Assembly: GCA_905178155.1 (NCBI GenBank)
Contig: CAJINV010000004.1
Coordinates: 404,969-468,968 of the forward strand
Source of the DNA: Amoebophrya sp. A120
Lineage: Eukaryota; Protista; Dinoflagellata
Length of the DNA stretch: 64,000 nucleotides
Direction of reading: 5' to 3'
Shown one piece after another: positions 24,001 to 39,000 of this stretch. Every line of letters starts with the position of its first letter. Within the stretch, counting starts at the first letter, position 1. Under the pieces are notes generated by a model. That model had not been told where the DNA came from, searched no databases, and saw only the letters and a list, made by a program, of their open reading frames with translations. The position numbers and the translations under genes are program-made.

Positions 24001-27000
24001 TCTCACCCATGTGCAAGGCGCTGTTGCCGGAAATGCAAATTTGCAGTCAGCTGCCGTCACAGTCGGCAACACGATCGAAACGCTGATTATCACCACGACC
24101 ACCACCACGACGACGACGACAACCACGACTTTGCCCGTGATTTCTCGCGGGTTTGAGCTCAACTTGAACATTCCCGGGGATGTCGACGCGGTAAATGATG
24201 CACTGGAATCCGCGGAGTTGGAAAAGTCTCTGAAGGACGCGGTGATTGAATACTTCTTCAACACCACCGGAATTGCCCTGACAGAACAGCAGATCGAATC
24301 CATGCAGATCACAGCGAAGGACAACTTTGTGCCGCCTGATGTGGGCGTGGAGGTGACCTTCGATGTCCGCGTGGCCGACGAAAACGATGTGCCGACCTTC
24401 GACGCGGCCTGGGACCCGGTTTCTCCGTTACCCGCCGGTGGGGATAAGGTCACTGATTTGCTCAACGCTGTTACGGCCAACGTGGATGGGAACAGTAATT
24501 TGCAGAACGTGGTCTCAGTGCCACAGACGACCACGATCGCGACCTTCCCGGTGACAACGACTACCACAACGACGACCACGACCGAAGCTACCACCACAAC
24601 GACCACCACAACGCCGCACTTATCTCGCGTCGTTTCCTTTTCTTTCGAGATGGACGATACTGCGAATGAAGCGACGAGTCTGGTCGACGATCCGCAGGTG
24701 AAGGCTGCGATCCAAGCAGCGCTTCTCGCGTTTGTGAATGACACCCTGGGAGTAAGTGACTTCACGGCGGCGGATGTGGATTCGTTGACCACTGATGTTT
24801 TGTTCGAATTGGTCTCGTCCGGTGGGAACAGCCGGACAATTGTGGTTACCGCCGAAGTGAAATTCACTTCCGATAACATTGACAAAATGTACGAATTGTC
24901 GCAATCTTGGGCGACGAGTGGTAATACGACGGTCGATAACGGGTTGACTACCAGCCTGGTCAATTCCGTGCCTGCTGCAATTGCGACCGTTGCTTCAGCT
25001 GGTGGGACGAAGTCGGTCACGGTGTCCGTTGAAGGTGGGTCGGTTATGATCCCGACGAACTTTGTCACGACCACAACGACTACTACCACAACCACTACGA
25101 CGACAACGGTAACCACCACAACGACTACCACAACCACTGTTACCACGACTACCACGACGACGAGTACCACAACAACGACCACGACAATCACAACAACGAC
25201 GACCACGACGACAACCACGACCACAACGCTTCCGGTGTTCGAGATGGAGCGGCAGTTCAGTTTCGCGTTTCAAATCCCCGTTGGCGAGGACGCGAGTTTG
25301 CTCTGCACGAGCGACTTGCTAGAATCTGCCGTGAAAGACGGGATTCTGGAATTCATAAAATCCGGCCTCGGGATCACAACTCCAGAGATTTTAGATTCGG
25401 ACATCCAGTCGGTTCACATCGACGAGGCCGCGGTGTTGGCAAATATGGACAAAAGCACGAAAAACGTCATCACCGTCACACTGGCCAAGTTCGAGGCGGT
25501 TCGGGAGAAAATTGACGCCATCACCGCAAAGTGGAACAGCACCAGAATGGACACAACAGCAAACGCGGCTCTGTACAATGCGATGTCGACCGCGGCACAA
25601 CACGTAGAGTCGCAGACGAACGCAACGATCGTCGGTGCGAGAACCATGTCGATCACGACGACCACCAGCACCAGCACCGCCGCCCCGACCACCACGACGA
25701 CAACCACCACGACGTTGTTTGGCGTCGCGTACCGGGTATTCGAACTCCGTTTGCAAAAGGCCGGGGACCCGCCCTCGGCGTTAGACTTTTTGGCGGAGGA
25801 TAGGATTTTGGACGCGGTGAGGCAGGGCGTCATCGACTACTTGAACCTCGCACTGACCAACAGCATCGCGCCCTCGCATGTCGAGCACCTGACCTTAACG
25901 GAAAAATCCGCGTCGGACACCATCGTCGACGCGACGGCGAACTTCCAGGTCCGCCTGGCGCAGACGACAACATTGGCACAAGTCGACGCCGCCTGGTCGC
26001 CGGATGGCTTGAACGACACGGATTCGGTGGAGATTTTGAATTTATCCTGTGCAAATAATGTATCGCACTCGTATTGCAATCATGCATTACAAATCTTTTT
26101 CTCAAGGTAAATCAGCATTACAAATTTCATTCCTCATGCTAAGGAAATTTGTAATGCATTTATGCGAGTGCGATACTTTTGCAAGTCATAGAATTTTATC
26201 AAAAACCATTTAGGCGACCCAACGGAAGTGCAGCAAATCGACGCGACCGAGCCGGCGCCGGTGGTCACGACGTCCACGTCGACCACGACGAGTTATCCAT
26301 AGTGAAGTTTTTCCCGTACTACACGACGTACAAATGGAAATGCTGTCTCTGCATGACAAAATTTGCCCTCAATCTTGGTCAGCATGACAAGTTGGACCCT
26401 CAAAGTTAGCGAAATTTTTGTGATGCATTTTGTACATCATGTGCGGTGGAAAATTTGTATTGCATAGGAGCACCACAACGACGACGACCACGACCACGAG
26501 TTTCGTGCCCTCGATTATTCGGATCATCTCGCTGTCTTTCATGGCCACGCCCAACACGGACCCGCTGGCCCTGATGGAGAGTCCGATGATGCAGACGGCG
26601 GTGAAAACGGCCGCGGTGAATTTCATCGAAAACACGCTGGGGGGCATGCCCATCGGTATCCCTGCCGTGAATATCACGGATATTGTGGACATCCAGGAAC
26701 AGGTTTTGTCCGAGTTGCCGCAGTATAAGGCGGATGGGGTGACGTTGGACACGAACCAAATTGTCTGCCAAGCTGATCTAGATTTCGAGAACCACGACAA
26801 AGCGAAGATCGACGCTTTAGCTGACATCTGGTCCTATTCCCAGCTGGCGCCCGGGGTCATTCCCAGCTTGACCAAGGAGTTCAGAAACGCGGTTCAGGCG
26901 GACCAAGACTTGATTGCCACGGACGCAGAACGCGCCACAAACCCGCAGATCACGGGGGTCACCGTGGTGCTCGCGTCCGGCTCGATGGACAGTCCGACAA

Positions 27001-30000
27001 GCTCGACCACCACGAGCACGACCACGACAACGACGACAACCACAAGCACCACGACAACCTCGACAACCACCACGACGACGACGTTGCCGAGTATTATGCG
27101 TGCATTTACTTTAAACTTCACTATCCCGCAGAGTTCGAACGCGACGTTTGTGAGTCAGGACAGTGGGGTGTTCAACGCCATTTTGAACGGGACGTTTGAG
27201 TACTTGGCTGCAGATGCGGACATTACCAGTGATTTCCTAATTTCAGACCTCTACGAGTTCGAACTCAAGCCGGCTGCTGGTGCGGGAACAGCGTCGTACA
27301 CCCACACGCCCCTGTACATCAGCTACTCCGCCCAGATCCCGAAGCCGAACACTTTAGCGGACTTCGTGGAGCGGTGGCCGGACCCGAATCTGACTGCCAC
27401 GCAGGCGGATTTGTTGAGTGACTACATTAAAAGTTCTTTGGCCTCGAACAACATCGCAAATGTCGCGGTGTCTTCCGACGCGACGGTGGTGGTGCAGCCC
27501 AGTCCGACGACCACTACGACGACCACAACGACTTCCACATCTACCACCACGAACACGACGACCTCCACGACCACAACCACCACGACGACCACGACCGCGA
27601 AGGTGTTCTCAACTGAGGCCAGGGAGTTCGAATTTGACTTGATTCTCCCCCAGGTGAACGGGCAGGACGTGCAGAAGGATGTTTTGGACCAAACACAGGT
27701 GTTAGACGGCTTCCGGTCTGGTGTGTACAGTTATTTCCTCCAGTACCCGTCGAATCTGCAAGCGGGTGAGGACGGCCTGCCGAGCGAATCCGTGCATAAT
27801 GTCTCGCTGAAACTCGTCGTCGCTTCCGGTGGGCAGCTGTTATTTCTCCAGCGGCAGCGATATGATCGGAAGAGAAGAACATTCACCATCACGGTGCACG
27901 GGTTTTTCGAAATCACTTTCGATTCTGCGTTCAAATCGGAGATCGACAGTCTGTTCAACCCCGACTACGGGTTGACCGACAGTCAACGAGACGGGATGCA
28001 GCAGGCTTTGGAGGGAAACATGGATAACGCCAGTCCGAGTATGATGGTGAGCAACGAACCAGTCAGAAACGTGTATAGTACGACCACGACAACTACATCG
28101 ACAACCACGGTTACCACCACAACGGTGACCAGTACCACGACGATGACAACCACAACGCTACCCTCCTTCGGCAGGTCGTACAAGATTGATTTGGTGGTGC
28201 CGCAAGATGCGGAAATGACGGACATCGTCTCCGATCCCGCACTCCAGGCCGCGATCCAGAACGGCACGATCTCCACCCTGAACTACCTGACCCCGGCGGG
28301 TGTCCCCGACGTGCAGGACAGTGACGTAACGCAATTCACTTTAGGAGCAAACGACATGAACACGACCATCGAAGTTGCCTACCGGGTCGAAACCCAGCCA
28401 GCTGATTTTGCCAACACCGCCAGCGCCTGGCAGTCGTTTGTGTACGGCGGCTTGGACGATGCGGGGAAGGTGCAGTTGCGCAAACGGGTCGGGTACAGCG
28501 TCAACATCGCGAACATCCCGGGGGTGAGTGTTGATTTCATCGAGCCGGCAGCGCAAGCGATCTCGCAGGGTCCGGACCCGCCGAAGCCCCCGCCGGTCGT
28601 GGCACCGAATGTGACGGCGAACGCAACGACGACGACAACTACGTCTACGTCGACAACAACCGTGACGACCACCACGACCGGGCCGGTGCTGGTGGAGCGG
28701 GTTTTCGTCATGACTTTGACCGTCGACGACGGCATCGACACGGACCTGCTGATGACCAACGTGGACTTGTTGGCATCGGTCAAAAACTATGCATTGCAAA
28801 AGTGTAATCGTACTAGTAGAACAAAAAGCATGACAAATTTGATCATAAATTTGATCATATAGAAAAGAAAATAAAGCGCAGTTTGTGATGCCGATTCAGG
28901 CAAACAATGTAGATCTGTCATGCAGTGCGTACGAGTGAGACAGAGACACTTTTGCAAAGGATAAAGACGCTTCGCTCAAGTTCTTCACAACCGACGGAAT
29001 TGTGTTGAGCTTGGCCGAGTTCGAGTACCTGGATTTGACGCTCCTTAACGAGACCACCACAAATACCGCTTTTGTTCAAGTTGGGCACCGTGGGGAACCC
29101 CAGCAGACCTTCAACCCAGGGGGCCAGTGGAGCCGGTCCGGGTTCAGCCTGCTTCAGTCGGTGGAGAAGGCGGAAAAGCGGATGATGACTGCGGTGCTGT
29201 ACAACAGGCGTCAGAAGGGGAAGAAGAACAAGGTGATGATCCACAAGAAACGCGCGATGCTGACGGTTTTGGAAGTGGAAATCCGGTTCGGACTCCGGGT
29301 GAATTCTGCGAAAATCCCGTCGATTGAGAACCGGTTCCCGTCGACCGGGTTGCAGGCGGGGACGTATGCGGAAACTGAGTTGCTGGACATTCTGAAGTCG
29401 CAAATCACCTCCAATCCGATGATCGCGGGCGTGCAAGTCGGACACGTGGTGGTGTCTGTGCAGCCGACTACGACTACGACTTCGACAACCCCGGGAACCA
29501 CAACCACGTCGACAACAACCACCACCTTCTACCCGTACATTCAACGGTGCGCGAAGGTGTCTATCGAATACCCAGCCAACGACGTGTCCGTTAACCCGCA
29601 GCACCGGGCGGATTTGATTGCGGCAAATGCAGAGTTCCGGGAGGCTTCGAAAATGGGGGTGTTCAACTTTTTGATTTCACATCACAACGACATGCCGATT
29701 AAACAGTCGGATGTCATTGACGTGGAGTACACTGTAGATGACATGACGACCTACGTGTCCGGCGAATCGGTTCTACTGATGAACGTGACACTAATTGTCG
29801 ACTCCCCCGACGACCCCGCGAAACGGCTGGAAGAGGCGTTTATCAACGAATTGTGGAGCGGCGACACTTATCAAATGAAAATATGTCTGGGTCTGGAACA
29901 GTGGAACTTGTGATGCGTGTCTTGCATGCCTGGAAAATCTCTGTTGCATGACCAGCAAAAGAGGGGCCGCTTCCTTTGCCATGCAAAAACGCAATTTGTG

Positions 30001-33000
30001 ATGCATTCTAGACATAGGCAGGCGTCTTAAAAACTTGTCGTGCTTGGCTGCCATTCTAAGCACCTCTATCATGCTCAATTCAGCATCACAGGTTTCCAGA
30101 CCCAGACATATTTGCAGTGCATAACACTTTGACAAATTCTACCAAGCTGTTCAACTACTTACGCGCCGCGACCGACGCGATCGACACGTACAAAGCCATC
30201 GACGCGAACGGGGACTACATTGACCCACCGCTAGTGCGGATCGGGCCGGTGGGTACACCGGTGACGGTTGTCGTGGTACCGACCTCTATATGACAGTGCA
30301 CAGCTCCCCCTCCCCCTCATCTGTGATGCAAATTACCAGATTCACGCCATGCCTTGAAGCACAGGTTGCATCACAAGTTCTGGCCGTCCAAATAGCACTG
30401 CATTCCTGCGCAGATTTGTCATGCAAAACCTGCATTCTTGCTGACGCTTGTATTGCTGTCCATGCCATACAAATGAGGGGGAGGGGGAGTTGTGCACAGT
30501 CATACACTAGCACGACGAGCACGACCACCACCACGGTGACGACGACTACGACGACCACGGTGATCCCGGTTTTGGCGAGGGAATTCGAGTTGCAGTTGAG
30601 CTTCTCCTCTTTAGATTTCACCGCGGAAACCCTCGCGAGCCCGAACACGTCTTCTGGTCTCGCTGTGCTGATGGCGACGAAAGAGGGGATTTGGAACTTC
30701 TTCACTAGTGGGAATGATACGGCGACGAAGAATCTGCTTGCAGTGGGGATGACGGAGGACTCTCTGTCGAACATCACTGTCGATTTTGTCGAACTACAAA
30801 ACCAGCAACAGCAAACACAGCTGATGCTTCTGCAGCGGCAGGCGGTGTTGGTGCCGACGGGAAGTGGCAACGAAGTCGACGGGTCTGTGGATGAAGATGG
30901 GAATGTGAGAAACAGGCAGCAGTTGCAGTTGATGCAAATGTCTGCCGCGGCGACTGCCTCGGTTTCGATGGGCATGACGGCGCAACAGCAGATGCTGGCG
31001 AAGAAGGCGGCGAGGAGGAAAATCCGGAAGCAGCACATCAAGGCGAGAAGGGGTTTGTTTGACGATTACGACACAGAGTTGTTTGAGTCCAACAATTACA
31101 ATTACCAGTACTCGGCCGCAAATATGCAGACCATGGTGACGGCGAACTACGATGTCTACTTCCGGATTACCGTCCCAACCATGCTGATCCCGTCCATCGG
31201 CTACATCTGGCCCAGCTCAAACATTTCCGATGCCCAGGAGCAAGTATTGATGACGGAGCTGCAGGCTTCGTTCACCGGCGCCGGGCTGGACTTGACCTGC
31301 GGACCGGTCGTATCCGTCCAAGCTCCCCCGCCCCCCGTTCCGCCGGCGAACGTCACTCCGTTGGCTGGCGGGCAGGGCCCTCCAGCCGCGGTGGTTATCA
31401 CGACGACGCCGGCACCGCTGCCGGTCATGTACCGGGCAATGCTGGTGGAGGTTGATATCGAGAACGAGGACAAGCACGCGTACCAATTGACGAACGACGC
31501 GGTCTTTAAGGAAGACGTTGAGGCTGCGGTGGTGAAGTGGTTCGCGACCACCAATGTCGCCTCGAGCCACTTGATGTCGACCAATTTCCCGCACTGGTAC
31601 ATGACACTGCAGGTGAACAAGACGGTTGATGTGGGGGCGAATAGTTACCGAAGGACGTTGATCGTCCACGTGGAATTCTCCATCAAAGCGGAGCAAACAG
31701 TGTTAGACTCTGTTGATCTCCTCTGGCCGTATTCCGTATCAAATGCAAAAATGTCTGGGTCTGGAAGATTCTGACACTTGTCATGCACGTTTTGCATGAG
31801 CCATGATGTCTGTGATGCATACACTAGCAATACAGATTTTCTGAGGGCTTCTTGATGCCTATTCCGCATGACAAATGCCTTCTCAGCGTAGCAAAAATTG
31901 CATTCCCCTTGATACTCATGCAATACAGATTTTTTTGGAATCCAAATACAGCATCACAAGTTGCATTCTTCCAGACCCAGACACTTTTACAATCCATATT
32001 CCGGGGTGAAAGACGACGACGCGACGAAGATTTTGACCTTCCTCCAGGACGAAATGAACTACGACGGGGACGTATCAAATGCAAACATGTCTGGGTCTGG
32101 AAGATTTTGAGACTTGTCATGCTTGTCTGGCATGACCAAAAAGTTTGTGATGCGTGTCCAAGAAGAGACCCTTTTGCCTGTCATGCAAAAACGCAGTTTG
32201 TCATGCGAAAAACCCAACACAAAGAAGCGCAGACATTTCTCATGCTTCCTTGTGCATTACAGACCAGTCACTATTCCCAACGCAGCATTACAAGTTTCCA
32301 GACCCAGAGGACATTTTTGCAGTTGATACGACGGCATCGACGCCGCCGGGCTGGCCGGCGACCCGCCGTTGAACCACGTGTCGACCACCACAACGACATA
32401 TCAAATGTAAAAATGTCTGGGTCTCGAAGGATCCGAACTTGTGATGCGCATTTTAGAACACAGAGAAATCTCTCATGCATAGGCAGCAAAAGCTGCCCAC
32501 TTTCTGTCACCAAAATGGGGGATTTGTCATGCGGATTCGGCATTGCGGAAGCTTCTCGAGACCTGTGATGCTAGAGCTTCGATGCTGGACCTTCCGTGTC
32601 ATGCGAAAAGGGTATGACTCTTCCAGACCCAGACACTTTTGCATTTGATACGACCACCACCGTGACCACAACCACCACGACCACAGTGACGACGACTTCG
32701 ACCACAGGGACGGTCACGGTGCCGACGACAACGCCGCCACCGGTGACTTTGGAAAGAGCGTTTGAATTAACTATCACGCTAGACAGTATGGTGTTCGCGA
32801 ACACGAGTCAGTTTGTCGCCAACTCGGAATTACCCGGCGCGATCGCGACTGCGACTGTGGAGTATCTGAATAATGCGAACAGCAGCTTGGCGATGCTGTT
32901 GTCCAACATTGTCGGTATGAAGATCGAGCCGGCGAACCAGGCGACGTCTTTGTACCTAACCCAGTTGAAGATGGCCTCGATTCACCAGGCGCAGCTCGGG

Positions 33001-36000
33001 TTTGAAAAAATGATCGTGGAGGTGGAAGCGCGGTTCGGGATCAAAACAACCCAGGCAAAAGCACCCTACATTGGGCACATCTGGCCGGCGTTGGGGTTGC
33101 TGAACGAAACGGATTATCTATCCTGAGCAAAAACGGTCCTACGCCATAGTCCAGTTGGTAAATCTGCAACACAAATCTGCAAGGTTTGGGAGTGGTGCAT
33201 GACAAGTTTCCATCTGCAGTGTAGTGCTGGTTAGCAGGGGAAGCTACATGAGAAAGCCACTTTCTCACCCTGTTTACAGCATTACAGATTCCAGAACACG
33301 ATTGGAAATGCCTCTCGTAGAGCTGCGCATTACAAATAATCCTGTATTCGCAAATCTGCATGACAACTCTGGGGTGGGGACGTTTTTAAGCAGGATATTA
33401 TCTGGAGAATTACATCAAACCTGAGATCTACCACGCCATTCCCGACGGCGTGATGGTGGGGGCAATCGCGTCGGTCTCGACCGACACGACGACAACCACC
33501 ACAACGTCAACAACGACCACCACAACCACCACGACTACGACCACAACCACGACCACCACCACAACCTCGAGTTTCATTCCGCAGCTGCTCCGGGGCTTCT
33601 CCGTGAACTTAACGCTGAACTACTCGCAGACAAATTTGTTCACGGATCCATTAGGTGCGTTAGAACTGGCGGTTTTGGAGGGCGCGTTCGAGGATGCGGT
33701 TACGAAGTTGTACGAGCACGCCGATCCGGCACTGAAAAACTCCTTCACGATCGAGGAAATGAACATCCACGACGTGACCCCGCCAAACGCTCCTTACGGC
33801 AATGCCGACGCCGATGTGGACTTCACGATTAAGTTCATCGACGAAACTTACGTGGACATCGCGAAAGCCGTGTGGCCGTCCGTTGGGATTGACAATGACA
33901 ACTCGACTGATCTATTACACAACATCCAGGACGAGGTCGGGGCGATTGACGGCGTAGACGCGTACGACGCACATCCTTACATCCCGCCGACGACGACAAG
34001 CACGACCACGCCTCCGCCCACGACGACTACCACCACCACCACGACTACTGGTCCGGAAGAGATCGAGCGCGCGTTCGAAATGAACCTCGCATTGGATTTC
34101 TCCTCGACGTTGTTCAGCGATGCAGAGCAGGCTCTGAAAATCCCGGAGTTAGTCGCTGCGGTGAAAGACGTATCCTGTGCAAAAGTATCGTACTCGTAGT
34201 AATTGCAAATATGCATGACAAATCTTCTTCCCAAGGTAAAACAGCATTACAAATTCCATTTCTAATGCTGAGCCAATTTGTATTGCGATTTATACTAGTA
34301 CGATACTTTTGCAATGCATAAGACGCGGTCCACGACTTCATTGAGGCGAAGGACCCAAATATCCAAGAAAAAAACTGCGTAAGTGTAACTCTGTAGGAAA
34401 AACAGCATCAGAAGTTCGTTTTGCATTACAGGGAAAACCTCTCATGCGCAGCTAACACGTGGAAATACGCATGAAAGTTGCCTACGACGCACATCCAGCA
34501 TGACAAGCATATACAGTTTTGCTTTTCCTGCATCACAGACTTACACTTACGCAGTTTTTTGTTGCATACCAAATTTGGACGAAAGCAGGGTGATCGTGGA
34601 GAACATTGCGGTTACGAATACCACTTCGTTTACCGCTGGGGACACATCAGTTCCGGTGGAATATCCTGAGGAAAAAAGTCCCCACCCCAGAGTCAAGATG
34701 GGGACTTTGCAACACAAATCAACAATGTTTGGCTGTTGCGCATGACAAATTTGCGTCTGTAGTATAGTCGTGCTTGGCTAGCAAAGCTACATGACAGAGA
34801 TCTAGCCCCTCATCCTGATTAGAGCATGACAAAGCCCCAGACAGCCGGAGAAAATGCTCCTCGTGGGGCCTGCGCATGAGACACAATTTGGGCATGCAAA
34901 TTTGCATGACAGCTATGGTGTGGGGACGTTTTTAATCAGGATATGGAAGCAACTTTCACCATCCGCGTCCTCCACTACGTAGCGGATAGCCAGGCTTTGG
35001 CTATGACAGTGCGCAACTCCCCCTCCGACACATTTAAATAGCATGAACAGCAATACAAGCATCAGCAACAGTGCCGGTTTTTGCATGACAAATTTGCACT
35101 GGAGTGTAGTGCTGCTTGGGCTACCAAAACTTGTCATGCAAACAGTGCCACAGGACAGCGACTGGACTTGGGATTTTGCATGACAAATGAGGGGGAAGGG
35201 GAGTTGTGCGCCGTCATATTGGCGGGACTTTGGCCCCAAACCGGCTTGGACACCACGCAGGAAACGCAATTGATCGATTCGGTGGAATCCGACGTTGGGG
35301 TTCTGAATGGCATCACGGTGAGCAATGTAATCCCTGTGTCCGCTACCACGACGACCACGACGACGACAACGACAACCACCACCACCTATCAAATGCAAAA
35401 ATGTCCGGGTCTGGAAGAATGCAACTTGTGACGCTGCGTTTGGATTCCAAAAAAATCTGTATTGCATGAGCAGCAAAGGGAATGCGATTTTTGCTACGCG
35501 GAAGGGCATTTGTCATGCGGAATAGGCATGAAGATGCCCTCAAAACATCTGTGGCGCTAGGGCATGCTCATGCATCACAGACATCATGGCGCATGCAAAA
35601 CGTGCATCACAAGTCTCAGAATCTTCCAGACCCAGACTGACATATTTGCAATGCATACCACCACCACGCCGTTTATTTCCGCCAGGGCGTTCGACATGGC
35701 GTTGAGGCTGAACTACAGTTCTCCCCTGTTCAACAACACGGAGGATATGGGAGTGTCAGGATCGAAATCGTCAAAGTTGAAATAACTTGTAATGCATAAA
35801 ATCGATACCAGTTGGAAGCCCAACGTCCAAGCAGCGCATGACAAATTTCGGCACCGTCTAAATCCAGTTTGTCATGCCGTTGAGGGACAGAGGGCGTCTT
35901 TTGTCATGCTATTTTAGCAGCTCTATCTCAGACCCCAAATAGGTTGACAGTCGGCCTCACTTGCCATCCCTGCAAGAGAGGCACTTCATGCCTTGCATTT

Positions 36001-39000
36001 TATGCATCACAAACTATTTCAACTTTGACGATTTCAATCCTGACGCTTCCATAGAGGAGTGCTTGAAGTTAGACCTCCTACACGGCGCCATTGTGGACGC
36101 GGTGAATGCGTACTTGTCCGGTAACAATCCCGCGTTCGACGCCAATACGCTGGAGTACCAAGATTTGCACCTGGAAGACATCACGTCCGCAAGCGCCGGC
36201 TACGGCGCGGACATCGTGGAGGCGCGGGTGACTTTCAACATCCACTGCGACGTCTCTTTGAACGGAACTTTGGAGGCCGCCTGGCCCTTTGGCGGCCTGC
36301 CAGACGTCACGGAGCTGATGATCGATGTGCGCGACAAAGTCACGGCAATTGAGGGCATTCTGGAAGTAGGCGATCTTGCGTCTGTGGTGGTGGTAACGAC
36401 AACCACTTCGACCACGACATACACGACAACCACCACGTATGAGAGTTGTGCACAACTCCCCCTCCCCAAAATTTGTAAATGCAAAAATGCCAAAACCTGC
36501 CTGAGCCTTTTGGCTGTACTTACATGACCAGTTCTGGCTGAAGCGTAAACTGCACTGTACTCCGTGCGCGGATTTGTATTAATGCAGAGACTGCATAATT
36601 GTTGAGGAAGTTTCTGTTGCTAGAAATGCACTCCAAATGAGGGGGAGGGGGAGTTGTGCACTCTCATACCAGCACGACCTCTACCACAACTTCCAGCACC
36701 AAGCCGCTGCTCGCTCGCGGGTTCTTGATGAACCTCACACTTGACTACAGCGGCCCGCTGTTTGACGACTACCAAACGGCGATTGGGCTCTCGGAGTTAC
36801 ACGGCGCTATTGAGGACGGTGTCCGAGCTTATATCAAATCCGAAAACGCGATGCTGGAGCCCGTGATTGAATTCGAAGATTTGAAAGTCTTCGAAACTAC
36901 TGTCTACGACCCGAGCTTGATTGGCACGGAAGTCCAGTTCGGCTTACGATTAGCTCAAGCGGATGTGCCGGAGTTGGAAGCGATCTGGGCGGATTCGGGG
37001 TTGGACGAATCGAAAAATGACGCGTTTTTGCAAGCGTTGAAGGCGAAAGTTGACGTCTTGGACGGGATTATGGTTGGTGTGATACAGCCCATCGCGGTGA
37101 CAACCACGACGACCACGACGTCAACCACGACCACGGTGACAACCACAACGGTGACGACCACACTCGCGACGTTTTTGCGGGCCTTCGACATGAATTTAAC
37201 GATTGACTCCACTATCTACCCGACCCTCTCCGACGGCTACACAGCCACCGCGTTTACCTTAGCGTTGGAACGGGCCCAAACGAACTATTTCGAGACGGGG
37301 GACGCCCTTTTGGTGGGGATTTTGAGTTTCGACAGCATCCAAGTGGACGAGCTGTCTGCAAATGCAGCAGATGTCGTGGAGCTGGAAGTTACCTCGAAAA
37401 TCCGACTACTGGACCCGCAATTTGAACCCGAGGTGGAGTACGTCTGGCCGAGCGCGGGGTTGGTCAACGAGACGGAGTTTGCGGAGTACATCGCGGACGA
37501 GGTGAACCAGGTCAACGGGCTGACGATGGGCGTGGTGAAGAGTCTCCCAGCGCCGACCACGACGACAACGACTACAACCACTACGGTGACTAAGACGACC
37601 AGCACGACATCCACCTCGACCACGACCACAACCAGCACCACAACCCTGCCCCGGTTGACGCGCGGCTTCGACATGAGTCTGGAGCTGAACCCTCCGGCCA
37701 GTACCGCGTTCAACTACAAGGACGAGGCTTTGGCGTTGAACAGTCTGAAAGAAGCAGTGAAGGACGGCGTGGAGCACTACATGGAGGTGGGCGACGCGAC
37801 TGGCATTCTCACCATCAACGACGTCGAAGTTGAGAACTACAGTATGGTGGAAAAGACGACCGCGAACGCGCAGCAAGCCGCGGCGCAGGGCATCACCGTA
37901 GTGGAGGTGCAGTTCGACATTGTTGTTCTAGACCCTACTTTGGAACAAGCCGCGGAAGACGCGTGGCCGTATGGCAGTATCGCGAATGAAACAATGTTGT
38001 TCGACTCCCTGGAGAAAAAAATCGATTCGATTGACGGCATCACTTTGACCGCCGTGGTAAATGTGGTCATCGAAACGACAACAACGACGACCACGACGAG
38101 CACCACGACAGTGACGACGACGACGGTGACAAACGTGACAGCGGTCGCACAAAGCACGACGACCACGACCAGCACAACTACCACCACGGTCACGAACCCG
38201 ACGCTGGAACGGTTCTTCAAAATGAACCTGACGATCAGTAACAGCACGGCTTTTGACGATGCCGACGAGGCGCTGGCTCTCCAGACTTTGAAGGAGGCCG
38301 TGAAGGACGGGATCAAATATTACTGCGTCGCGGAGGATACAAAATCAGGCTCCCAGACGCTCACCGCAGCGGACTTGCACGTCGAGCATCTGAAGATCGA
38401 GGAAGACCAACATAGTATCACTTCGTACCACAGCACGAACTTGTACGAAGTGGATGTCGAGTTCGGCTTGCAAGTACATGCCGACTTACTGGACGAGGTG
38501 GACCATGTTTTCCCTTCTTCCGGCATTTTCAGCCAAGCTAGGCTCGACCTGCTGTTCGACGAACTGAGTAAGGAAGTGAACGCGATTGAGGGCATCGCGG
38601 TCGGGGATGTTAGGCCTGTCCCGACGCCTACCACCACGACGACGACAACGACCACGACGGTGACGACGACGACCACGACCACGACAACCACCACTTCGAC
38701 CACGACTGTGCTGCCCTACTTAGTTCGCGGGTTCGACATGAACGCGACTTTGGGAAACAGCACGGCGTTTAGCAGTGTCGACGAAGCGTTTGGCTTAGCG
38801 AGCTTAAAAGCCGCTTTAGAGGATGGTCTCACCCGGTTCTGGATTGACGAGTCCGCGACGCAGCCGGAGCAGCTGGTAGACGGCGATTTCGAAATCGTGG
38901 ATTTAGTAGTCGCCAAAATCCCCGGCGGGACCGGCACTGGGCAGCCGTCTGCGAATTCGCTGGTGATCGTCGAGGCGGATGTGCGGTTCGCCGTGCAGGT

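Noticed and set aside
23728-25224. Long Val-rich minus-strand ORFs (498 aa here; also 20067..21041, 45564..46490, 51176..52210, 61897..62916)
   Set aside because: Antisense shadows of the Thr-rich + strand frame; reverse-complemented ACN runs read as Val.
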